35,356 nt of DNA. Source: a virus (taxonomy: Duplodnaviria; Caudoviricetes). The stretch covers positions 1 through 35,356 of IMG/VR virus record IMGVR_UViG_3300012933_000030; one strand, written 5' to 3'. Both the position numbers and the translations under genes were made by a program. A model generated the notes under the pieces. It worked only from the letters and a program-made list of their open reading frames with translations, did no database searches and had not been told where the DNA came from. How positions within the stretch are numbered: the first letter of the stretch is position 1; every line of letters starts with the position of its first letter. This document shows positions 1-8,018 of this stretch, piece after piece.

Positions 1-212
1 GCAGTATCACGGGCCTTATCAAAGCGCCAAGGGCTGATGCAAATGTCGTGAACAATTGCACCATGTTCTTTGGCAAGGCTTACCGTGTTGTCTGTCGAGC
101 CTGTGTCAGCAATCAGAATAAGGTCAGCATCTTTGGCTGATTTGCAGAACCGTTCTACAAACTGCTCTTCGTTTTTGCTAATTGCATAGACTGCTATCTT
201 TAATCTTTTCAT
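1..212 (-). CDS. Glycosyltransferase family 2 (partial, runs off the left edge; not in ORF track)
   Basis: Read manually from ATG at 212: MKRLKIAVYAISKNEEQFVERFCKSAKDADLILIADTGSTDNTVSLAKEHGAIVHDICISPWRFDKARDT. It has the GT-A N-terminal motifs KNEE and DTGSTDNT. Confidence 0.9.
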   Translation of the reverse strand, partial: MKRLKIAVYAISKNEEQFVERFCKSAKDADLILIADTGSTDNTVSLAKEHGAIVHDICISPWRFDKARDT

Positions 213-241
213 GTTTTATCCTATTCTTTACTTTTCAAAGT

Positions 242-1039
242 TTACCAAGACCAAACAAATACTGCGCCATCCCCACCACGACCACCTGCTGCACCGTCTT
301 CGCCAGAACCACCTCCGCCGCAACCAATGCCACCGTTACCGCCACCGCCACCAGCGGTTGTAGTTGTGCTACCACCGGAGCCACCACGACCAACCAATAT
401 TGGTTGCGCCATAAAAAATCCATCTTGCCCTCTGTTGGCTCCAGCAGGCGTTGCAACAGATGCAGGATAGCCATAGTTTGGTGTAACAATTGCTCCAATA
501 GCACTAGAACCCGCTCCTCCAGACCCTGCGGAAAGGAAAGTAGTAGATGAAGCCGGGACTGCTGTTGGTGTTCCTGACGATGTTCCAGCGCTACTGGTTT
601 GACCAGCGGTAGAAGTAAAAATGCCAGCAGCACCAAAATAATTGTTACTAGAAGCAGCACCACCTGGTCCTGTGCTTGTTGTTCCCCCACCAACCCCGCC
701 GTTTGCTGTTAAAAGCGTATACCCAGTGCCGTCTTTTGCTTGGTAAATTACAGTTGACGCAGTTCCAGTTCCGCCTGCTGCTGTTCCCAGCCCTACGGTA
801 ATCCGCAACACGTCAGGAATAAAAATAGCAGGTCCAATCCAAGAGGTTATAGCGCCTGAACCACCACCGCCACCACCAGTAGTTGAAGTTGCATTATTTC
901 CGCCACCACCAGCACCAATCAACATAAAACGCACCATAGATGCACCACGGGGTTTAACCCAATCACGAGTAGTTCCACCACCATAGAATTCTTGATAGTT
1001 TGATTTTTGAGGTGTTGGAAAACCAAATACGTCTAACAT
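242..1039 (-). CDS. Glycine-rich virion/adhesin-like protein, paralog 3
   Basis: Motifs WVKPRGASMVRFMLIGAGGGG, GGSGA and terminal GGDGAVFVWSW; clearly paralogous to the two upstream ORFs. Confidence 0.7.
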   Translation of the reverse strand: MLDVFGFPTPQKSNYQEFYGGGTTRDWVKPRGASMVRFMLIGAGGGGNNATSTTGGGGGGSGAITSWIGPAIFIPDVLRITVGLGTAAGGTGTASTVIYQAKDGTGYTLLTANGGVGGGTTSTGPGGAASSNNYFGAAGIFTSTAGQTSSAGTSSGTPTAVPASSTTFLSAGSGGAGSSAIGAIVTPNYGYPASVATPAGANRGQDGFFMAQPILVGRGGSGGSTTTTAGGGGGNGGIGCGGGGSGEDGAAGGRGGDGAVFVWSW

Positions 1040-1043
1040 ATTG

Positions 1044-1712
1044 TCACCATGTAATGATTACTACCATACCGTCACCGCCGCCCGCTGCGCCTGTAGCACC
1101 ATAAGCGCCGCCGCAACCAGTGCCTGCTTTTTTATTAGCGGCTCCAAGTCCAACAATAATTGGTTGCATTTGAAAAAATCCATTTGGACCACCTACAGGT
1201 GCGCTGTAACCATAATTCCCATTAACAGCCCATCCACCAGTTGTGCCACCACTTAAAAAAGTTGTTGCCGAAGCGTTTTGGTTTATTCCCGTTGTACCGT
1301 CTTGCCCACCAATAGACTGAAAAAAACCAGCAGCAGTAAATGGACCTCCAGCATCAGCCGAACCACCCGCGCCATTTGCTTGACCGCCAGCCGCTGTTAA
1401 TAACGTATAGTTGCCTTTAATACGATAACTAACTATTGATGCTCCACCCGCAACATTGGCAACTTTTGGACCAGCACCAACAGTGACAAGCAATGTATCT
1501 GGAGTAAGAAAGGCTGGAACCATACAATTTACAACTGCTCCAGACCCACCTGCTCTTGGAAATGATGTGTCATAAGCAGAACCAGCACCAATCAAAGTAA
1601 ACCAAACAAAAGAAGCACCTTGTGGTTTTACCCAATCAGAAGTTGTACCACCTTCTTGAAAGATTTGTACGTTTGCGCCTTGAGGCGTTGGGTAATTTAT
1701 AGGATATGACAT
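1044..1712 (-). CDS. Glycine-rich virion/adhesin-like protein, paralog 2
   Basis: Motifs WVKPQGASFVWFTLIGAG, FFQMQPIIVG and GGDGMVVIITW. Confidence 0.7.
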   Translation of the reverse strand: MSYPINYPTPQGANVQIFQEGGTTSDWVKPQGASFVWFTLIGAGSAYDTSFPRAGGSGAVVNCMVPAFLTPDTLLVTVGAGPKVANVAGGASIVSYRIKGNYTLLTAAGGQANGAGGSADAGGPFTAAGFFQSIGGQDGTTGINQNASATTFLSGGTTGGWAVNGNYGYSAPVGGPNGFFQMQPIIVGLGAANKKAGTGCGGAYGATGAAGGGDGMVVIITW

Positions 1713-2390
1713 TTACCAACTCGCAATCAAAACCATACCGTTACCACCCAATCCCGCATCGTTACCACCGCCGCAACCAATGCCACCTTTTCCATTGGCT
1801 TTACCTCCAACACCAACAATAATTGGTTGAAGTTGAAAAAACCCAGGATAACTTACCGTTGCAGGAGCGGAATATCCGTAATTTGCAGTTACTGCTGAAT
1901 ATGTGTACCCACCGCCGCTTAAAAATGTTGTGCTTGATGGTGTTTGAGCCGTACTGTTTACACCAACTTGACCAGCAACAGAGTTAAAAAATCCAGAAGC
2001 GCAAAAATAATTAGGAGTCATTGCAGCGCCAGGGAATTCAGCCCCGCCTTGTGCTGTTAACAACAAAATTTCGCCTGTTCTACATCTCATATAAACAGAA
2101 GAATTACTCCCGCCAACTAGAGATGATGTGCCGCCTGAACCTGTATAAATTATAAGTGAGTCTGGAACGTGTTGAGCCGCGCCATACCAACAAGTAACAG
2201 CGCCAGAGCCGCCGCCTTGGTTTGGTGAACTTAATCCGCAACCGCCAGCACCAATCAACATCATGTAAACATGACTTACGCCACGAGGCTTGGCCCAACT
2301 AAACGCTTGCACATTATTGGCGGGGTCTCCAGTTCCGTAAAAGGTCTGGATGTCACAGCCTTGAGGCTTTGCTATTGGGAATGGAAACAT
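1713..2390 (-). CDS. Glycine-rich virion/adhesin-like protein, paralog 1
   Basis: Motifs WAKPRGVSHVYMMLIGAGG, FFQLQPIIVG and GGNGMVLIASW; abuts the next gene. Confidence 0.7.
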   Translation of the reverse strand: MFPFPIAKPQGCDIQTFYGTGDPANNVQAFSWAKPRGVSHVYMMLIGAGGCGLSSPNQGGGSGAVTCWYGAAQHVPDSLIIYTGSGGTSSLVGGSNSSVYMRCRTGEILLLTAQGGAEFPGAAMTPNYFCASGFFNSVAGQVGVNSTAQTPSSTTFLSGGGYTYSAVTANYGYSAPATVSYPGFFQLQPIIVGVGGKANGKGGIGCGGGNDAGLGGNGMVLIASW

Positions 2391-2392
2391 GG

Positions 2393-2578
2393 TTACTCAG
2401 TAGGCGGCACATACCAAGAAGGCTGTGCAACATCCATATTTGTGCAGGTGTACTCAACGGCTTCCTCTGGACTGACAACAGTGCCATCAGCGCGATACAC
2501 GCCTTGGCACCAGCCGTCAATTAAACGCATGGAGCCTGTTGAGCCATCAATGAATTGAATAGCAAACCACGTTTCCAT
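2393..2578 (-). CDS. Small hypothetical tail-module protein
   Basis: 61 aa ORF packed 1-2 nt from both neighbours in the operon. Confidence 0.6.
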   Translation of the reverse strand: METWFAIQFIDGSTGSMRLIDGWCQGVYRADGTVVSPEEAVEYTCTNMDVAQPSWYVPPTE

Positions 2579-2579
2579 A

Positions 2580-3017
2580 TTAATAATCTCCAGCGATTGT
2601 TACGACAGAGTAACCTGTACCAGTAGAACCAGTAGATGTGCCAAACGTAACGTACAACAAGTAACTTGGGTCCAAAGCAAAGTTCAATGGCAATTCAAAC
2701 ACGCTAGATGCTGCCGTCTGAGAAAGCGTTACTGCTGGCAATGTGATCTCGTCATACAACCAAGTTGCTGTTGCGCTAGTTGTAGTGCTAGATGAAATAA
2801 ACACACGGCAAACCGTAGCGGCAGGTGAACCCACTGGTCGGAAACGAATCTTTTGAACGTAAGAACCGTTTGTACCAGCAGTAAATGCTTTGTACAGAGT
2901 GCCTGAACCATCAAGCGCAGTGTTAGCCGTTGGGCCGACAACTAGACCAGAGTTGTTTGTTGCTACTGAGTCAACAGCACCAACGATGGAATAAATGGGA
3001 GAGGTATTTGCTGGCAT
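2580..3017 (-). CDS. Virion structural protein, putative fibre adaptor (MPANTSPIY type)
   Basis: AAGGA SD upstream; Thr/Ser-rich beta-strand pattern; follows a short fibre-like ORF. Confidence 0.6.
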   Translation of the reverse strand: MPANTSPIYSIVGAVDSVATNNSGLVVGPTANTALDGSGTLYKAFTAGTNGSYVQKIRFRPVGSPAATVCRVFISSSTTTSATATWLYDEITLPAVTLSQTAASSVFELPLNFALDPSYLLYVTFGTSTGSTGTGYSVVTIAGDY

Positions 3018-3026
3018 GATTTATCC

Positions 3027-3302
3027 TTATGGGAGTATGCAGTTGATAGAAATAGCCCGAACTAGGCCAATGTTTGTTCCTGTAGCAACAGCCGCCCATG
3101 ATGCAGCAGAGCCATCGGTGGTAAGAAATTTACCGTTGTTACCAGTTTGAGAAGGCAATGAATCAACAGCGCCCCATGTTCCATCACCTTTTAAAGCGGT
3201 AGAAGATGTTGGAGTACCAGTAGCATTGATGCCAACAATATCCAATTTCCCATTGGTTGCTACGTTATCGGCAAATGCGCCTAGATTGCGTGGAATACTC
3301 AT
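3027..3302 (-). CDS. Short tail-fibre-like protein (start moved to ATG 3302)
   Basis: MSIPRNLG start overlaps the upstream stop (ATGA). Contains fibre repeats LKGDGTW and LPSQTGNNGKFLTTDGSAASW, and a hydrophobic C-terminal tail. Confidence 0.65.
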   Translation of the reverse strand: MSIPRNLGAFADNVATNGKLDIVGINATGTPTSSTALKGDGTWGAVDSLPSQTGNNGKFLTTDGSAASWAAVATGTNIGLVRAISINCILP

Positions 3303-3658
3303 GGTGTTACCTCGGTCCAAGATGTTGTTGCTTCATCCCATGTGTACATTTTGCCATCAGTAGGCATTGGTGTGGGGGATTCCCACAAACAAGTTTCTTC
3401 ATTCAATGTCCATGAAGCAAATAGTTTAGGTGGGATAAACGCATCACGACCACTGTCGTATGTGTAACCAACGCCAGCATAGTTCTTACGGATTGTGCCG
3501 TTGTAACTTGTTTGCATCCATGTGCCGCCAAATAGGTTACGACAGAACTCAGCGCCAACTGATTCTGTTTCTACGCCATCCAGCAAACAGTCATTGTTAT
3601 GCACCACAATCACACGCAGTACTGTGTTGTTTAATCCAATTTCAGCAAAGTGTGCCAT
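3299..3658 (-). CDS. Conserved phage tail-associated protein (MAHFAE type, possible fibre assembly chaperone)
   Basis: Motifs WMQTSYN, RKNYAGVGYTYD, DAFIPPK and YTWDE...W; this type commonly follows Gly-rich tail genes. Confidence 0.65.
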   Translation of the reverse strand: MAHFAEIGLNNTVLRVIVVHNNDCLLDGVETESVGAEFCRNLFGGTWMQTSYNGTIRKNYAGVGYTYDSGRDAFIPPKLFASWTLNEETCLWESPTPMPTDGKMYTWDEATTSWTEVTP

Positions 3659-3667
3659 TTGATTTTC

Positions 3668-4567
3668 TTAGAATGTAATGGAGCCAGAGGCTGTCCATTT
3701 GTAAATTCGATACCCACCAGCGACAGTAATTGTTGGTGAACCAGTTGTTGCTGAAGCGGCGTTATATGTATCTGGATAACGAATAATAACTATGCCTGAA
3801 CCACCAGCGCCACCAGTGCCACTTGCATAAGACCAACCGCCGCCGCCGCCGCCACCAGTATTTGCTGTTCCAGCAGAACCAGCCGCATTGTTGCCGCCGC
3901 CAGCGCCACCACCACCTGCCCCACCAGTACCACCAGTAGTTCCATCACTACCTCCACCACCTCCAGCATAAGTTACTGAAGACCCTGAAATAGAAGATGC
4001 AAGTCCATCTTTACCATTTCTTGTAGCAGAAACAAATGCGCCACTAGCACCGCCACCACCACCACCACCATCAGTTGGAGCCGTAGAACCAGCATAACCT
4101 TGTCCAGATGTACCCGCACCTGCACTACTAACTGTTCCTGTGTAATTAGCCCCGCCACCGCCAGAACCGCCAGTAGCACCATTATTAACACTTGGAGTAA
4201 AACCACCTTTTCCGCCGCCAATAGAAGTTATGGTAGAAAATACAGAATCAGCGCCGTTAGAACCGTAAGATTGTGTACCTGAACCCGCACCACCAGCACC
4301 AACGGTTACAGTGTGAGAAGTTCCTTCATACACCATAAAATTAGTAGCCGTTCTGTATCCACCTGCACCGCCACCGCCAGCAGTGCCTCCGCTGCCAGCA
4401 CCTCCACCAGCAACAACCAAATACTCAAGCAAAATTCCATAAATGGGCCAATTGCCAGCCCCTTTAGCCTGTCCTTGTTGCGTAAGTGACCATAATCCAA
4501 CAGCAACAGATGAATTCGGTGATGCAGCGGTTGAAGATAACTTAGCGCCAATATATCTATTAGACAT
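3668..4567 (-). CDS. Glycine-rich domain tail protein
   Basis: EYLVVAGGG, GGGGAGGYR, YAGGGGG, GTANTGGGGGG and GGSGIVIIRYP, typical of phage glycine-rich domains. Confidence 0.75.
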   Translation of the reverse strand: MSNRYIGAKLSSTAASPNSSVAVGLWSLTQQGQAKGAGNWPIYGILLEYLVVAGGGAGSGGTAGGGGAGGYRTATNFMVYEGTSHTVTVGAGGAGSGTQSYGSNGADSVFSTITSIGGGKGGFTPSVNNGATGGSGGGGANYTGTVSSAGAGTSGQGYAGSTAPTDGGGGGGGASGAFVSATRNGKDGLASSISGSSVTYAGGGGGSDGTTGGTGGAGGGGAGGGNNAAGSAGTANTGGGGGGGWSYASGTGGAGGSGIVIIRYPDTYNAASATTGSPTITVAGGYRIYKWTASGSITF

Positions 4568-4576
4568 TGTGGCTCC

Positions 4577-4951
4577 TTAAGATGTGATTGCTTCGTATGT
4601 CGCAGTTAATTCAATTGCATTTGTTGTGCTAGAAGTCACCACAATTGATTGGCCTTCACCGACATAGATTGATGTGCTTTTGTCCAAGATAATCAATGAA
4701 GCATTTGCTGGAACACTAATCTGATAGGCAATACGGTAAGCAGTGCCACCACCGCCTGTTGCGCTGTTGATTGAAACAGTAATAGTAGCGGTTGTACCTG
4801 TTACGTTAGCAGCAACAATGCTTTCTACTTTGTTCACAGTGCCAGAAGCAGGTGTTAAAGCAGTCCATGTGGTTGCACTTGTTCCAGACGGAACCAAGTA
4901 CGTTGTGTTTCCATAGATGAACTGTACTTCTACGATGTTTGGGTTTGCCAT
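4577..4951 (-). CDS. Virion structural protein, putative fibre adaptor (MANPNIV type)
   Basis: Directly follows the fibre ending in [11 protein letters not shown]; beta-rich, with ISVPANASL motif. Confidence 0.65.
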   Translation of the reverse strand: MANPNIVEVQFIYGNTTYLVPSGTSATTWTALTPASGTVNKVESIVAANVTGTTATITVSINSATGGGGTAYRIAYQISVPANASLIILDKSTSIYVGEGQSIVVTSSTTNAIELTATYEAITS

Positions 4952-4954
4952 TTC

Positions 4955-7453
4955 TTAACCTCCAAATACAATTGCCATTGCAATCGCTTTACCTGTTGAT
5001 GCGCCACCAAGAGCAGACAATGCTGCTGCTGCTGTTGTTTGACCTGTACCGCCTTGAGTAATTGCTACAGTTCCAATAATGTCTGCTGCCGCCACAGTAC
5101 CCACGTTAACCGTGTTGTAAGCAATGGTTTCAATAATGTCATTAACTGCCGCAGCACTTGCCAACACAATGCTTGTGCCGTTAGTCGCTGTGTAATCAGT
5201 GCCATTTAAGAACACACCATTCAAGTACACCTCAACAAATCCAACTTCGTATGTCGCTGTAAATGTTGTTTGTCCAGCCGTAGCCGTAAAACTTGTACGA
5301 GTGTAAGCAGTGTTAAGTGCAGCACCAGTTGGGCCAGTAGCACCTGTCGGACCAGTTGGGCCAGCAACAGTAGATGCCGAACCTGTTGGTCCAGTTGGTC
5401 CAGCAATTGTTGAATCCGCTCCTGTTGGACCAGTTGGTCCAGCAACGGTAGAAGCAGCACCCGTTGGACCCGTTGGTCCAGTAATGCTTGCTCCATTTGC
5501 ACCAGTTGGTCCAGTTGCACCATTAGCACCTGTTGGTCCAAGTTGGGTATACATCACTTGCGTTGCAGTGAAGATAATTGATGGCGTTCTAGGATAACTA
5601 CCGCTTGCAGCAATTGTTTCTAATTGAACACTTGTGGTTGCTGTTTGCCAGAAGACTTGGATGTAATCATTAGCAGCCAAATCCAATACAAAATTAACCG
5701 TCAGAATTTCAGATGAAAAAGCACTGCCTTGTTTATCTGGAACATCGTAATGTGAATTTGTATCGGTTAAATTTGTGCCGTTTTTCTTTAGCCAAACTTG
5801 TGTTGAACCATTTGCGGTGCTGGTGTTTGTAAATTGAATTGAAAACGTCAGGCTATAAACGCCAGCATTTGCAAAAGTAATTTGACTGCTTGATGCAACA
5901 GACACGCCATTGTTGGCGGCATCTGCGCTGTTCAAAGTAATGGGATAAGCAGTGTTGATTGCAGCAGCAGTTTGAGTTGTTGTGTCCCAGAAAGAACCCC
6001 AATAACCCAATGCGCCGCCAGCACCTGTGCCACCAGTTGCACCTGTTGGTCCAGTTATTGAAGCACCAGTTGGACCAGTGGCTCCCGTTGGACCTGCTAC
6101 GGTAGATGCAGCACCAGTTGGTCCAGTTGGACCAGTAATTGAAGTTCCGTTTGCGCCCGTTGGCCCCGTGGCTCCAACATCGCCCTGTACGCCCTGTATG
6201 CCCTGTACGCCCTGTGGTCCAGTGGGTCCAACAACCGTTGAATCCGCACCAGTTGGTCCAGTTGCACCAGTTGGACCAGCCACCGTAGATGCTGCACCAG
6301 TAGCGCCCGTTGGACCAGTTGGACCAGCAACTGTACTATTAGCACCTGTTGGTCCAGTTGGACCCGCTACAGTTGAATCTGCACCAGTTGGACCAGTCGC
6401 TCCCGTTGGTCCAGTAATTGAAGTTCCAGCAGAACCTGTCGGTCCAGTTGGACCAACATTACCCTGTGCGCCCGTTGGACCAGAAGGTCCAACAATTTGA
6501 CCAGCATCAAACCAAGCAGAGCCGTTCCACACATACAAGTTACCTTCATCAGTAACAATATATGCGTCATTAACTACGTTGCCTGTTGCTGGCAAATCTG
6601 CAACAGTAGGAACTTCACCTTTTAAATTGATTGAAGTACCTTGTGCGCCTTGCGCTCCTGTTGGACCAGTTGGGCCAGCAATTGTGGAATCTGCACCAGT
6701 TGGTCCAGTTGCACCAGTAGGTCCAGTTACGGTTGATGCCGCACCTGTTGGACCAACATTACCAGTGGGGCCAGTTGGTCCAGAAACCGTGGATGCTGCG
6801 CCAGTTGGTCCAGTGGGTCCAGCGACTGTGGAATCTGCACCTGTCGGGCCAGTAGCACCAGTTGGTCCAGTAATTGATGCGCCCGTAGGACCGACATTTC
6901 CCTGTACGCCTTGAACGCCTTGAATACCTTGTGGGCCAGTTGGTCCAATAACAGTATTACCTTGTGAACCAGTTGGACCAGTTGGACCAGTAATTGAATT
7001 GCCTTGTGAACCAGTTGGACCAGTTGCCCCCGTTGGACCAGTAATTGATGCACCAGTTGGGCCTGTTGAACCAGTTGGTCCAGCAACAGTTGATGCAGAA
7101 CCAGTAGCACCAGTTGGTCCAGTAGCACCAGTTGGTCCGACAATTGGTCCGTCATCATTCCACACAGAACCTGTCCATGTGTAAAGGTGCCCATCAGATT
7201 GAACGATATAAGAATCACCAGCCACGTTGCCTGTTGTTGGCAAGTCACCAACCGTAGCCACAGAGCCTTTAAGTGCAACGCCTTGACCTTGTGCGCCAGT
7301 TGGACCAGTTGGACCAGTTGGACCGCCAGAAGGACCAGTTGGACCAGTGGGGCCAAACTGTCCACGATCTAAATTGATTACTGTACGGGCTGTAGGCGTG
7401 ACAAGTAAGTTGACATTGTTGCCGTCAACAACGGTTACTTTAATGTCGCTCAT
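4955..7453 (-). CDS. Collagen-like tail fibre with C1q/BclA-like domain
   Basis: Long Gly-X-Y runs dominated by GPT/GAT; two LKGxVxTVxDLPxTGN...W modules; C1q-like segment ([12 protein letters not shown]...VWLKKNG...DYIQV). Confidence 0.85.
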   Translation of the reverse strand: MSDIKVTVVDGNNVNLLVTPTARTVINLDRGQFGPTGPTGPSGGPTGPTGPTGAQGQGVALKGSVATVGDLPTTGNVAGDSYIVQSDGHLYTWTGSVWNDDGPIVGPTGATGPTGATGSASTVAGPTGSTGPTGASITGPTGATGPTGSQGNSITGPTGPTGSQGNTVIGPTGPQGIQGVQGVQGNVGPTGASITGPTGATGPTGADSTVAGPTGPTGAASTVSGPTGPTGNVGPTGAASTVTGPTGATGPTGADSTIAGPTGPTGAQGAQGTSINLKGEVPTVADLPATGNVVNDAYIVTDEGNLYVWNGSAWFDAGQIVGPSGPTGAQGNVGPTGPTGSAGTSITGPTGATGPTGADSTVAGPTGPTGANSTVAGPTGPTGATGAASTVAGPTGATGPTGADSTVVGPTGPQGVQGIQGVQGDVGATGPTGANGTSITGPTGPTGAASTVAGPTGATGPTGASITGPTGATGGTGAGGALGYWGSFWDTTTQTAAAINTAYPITLNSADAANNGVSVASSSQITFANAGVYSLTFSIQFTNTSTANGSTQVWLKKNGTNLTDTNSHYDVPDKQGSAFSSEILTVNFVLDLAANDYIQVFWQTATTSVQLETIAASGSYPRTPSIIFTATQVMYTQLGPTGANGATGPTGANGASITGPTGPTGAASTVAGPTGPTGADSTIAGPTGPTGSASTVAGPTGPTGATGPTGAALNTAYTRTSFTATAGQTTFTATYEVGFVEVYLNGVFLNGTDYTATNGTSIVLASAAAVNDIIETIAYNTVNVGTVAAADIIGTVAITQGGTGQTTAAAALSALGGASTGKAIAMAIVFGG

Positions 7454-7950
7454 ACAACGATCACTCCATCAGAACGAACAATGAACAACAAGAAAATTAC
7501 GGAATCATCAGCAGGTGTTGAACCGCTGGCAGGGAAACTAACCAAGACGCGACCACTGAAACCCACTGGGTCAATTGCATTGATTTCAAGTTCTGGGTCG
7601 CTGTTAATCAAGTCCCAAGCATCACTGTCAATTGACAAAGTGCAAACGCCATTTGCGGCATCTGTCTTTGTGATGGTCAGCGGAATGGTGTCAGGCGTTG
7701 GTGTGTAGTTGGCAATGTCAAACGTCAGGCCATTGCGTGTGTCTTGCACGTTAGACAATTGACGGCGAACAATCTGCGCGTCAACATCTGCGTCTGTCAA
7801 ATCCAAAGGCGTAGGAGTGCAAGTGGTTGGGTCCGTTGTTGTAAAAACAAGGTTCCAATATGTTTTTTGATTCCAGACGAGTTCGCCTGAAAGAATAGGA
7901 TTATCAAAACCACTGACTTGTGCCAGCGTGTTTTTGTTGAAGATAGCCAT
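7450..7950 (-). CDS. Tail/baseplate protein, possible fibre-attachment (BppU-like) domain
   Basis: Lies between the tail tip and the fibre; pattern LDLTD...AQI.R...NGVCTLSI; its stop overlaps the fibre start. Confidence 0.5.
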   Translation of the reverse strand: MAIFNKNTLAQVSGFDNPILSGELVWNQKTYWNLVFTTTDPTTCTPTPLDLTDADVDAQIVRRQLSNVQDTRNGLTFDIANYTPTPDTIPLTITKTDAANGVCTLSIDSDAWDLINSDPELEINAIDPVGFSGRVLVSFPASGSTPADDSVIFLLFIVRSDGVIVV

Positions 7951-8018
7951 AGCAATCCCTGTACTCAGTTGGAAACCGTGTTTCTCACGGGCTAATGGTG
8001 TCTTGTCTTTTGTTTATT

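Noticed and set aside
182-693. ORFs 182..550 (+) and 235..693 (-)
   Set aside because: Antisense and out-of-frame shadows of the glycine-rich gene.
242-2390. Diversity-generating retroelement or invertible tail cassette
   Set aside because: No reverse transcriptase or invertase in the window, no near-identical TR/VR pair; paralogs are diverged throughout and co-oriented.
5221-7372. Many plus-strand and alternative-frame ORFs ([16 protein letters not shown] repeats)
   Set aside because: Shadows of the GPT collagen codon repeat; no RBS and opposite or out of frame to a clear gene.
7951-8018. Hairpin CCGTG-AGAAA-CACGG between the J-like gene and the next gene
   Set aside because: Only 5 bp and no U tract on the coding strand; insufficient to call a terminator or regulatory RNA.
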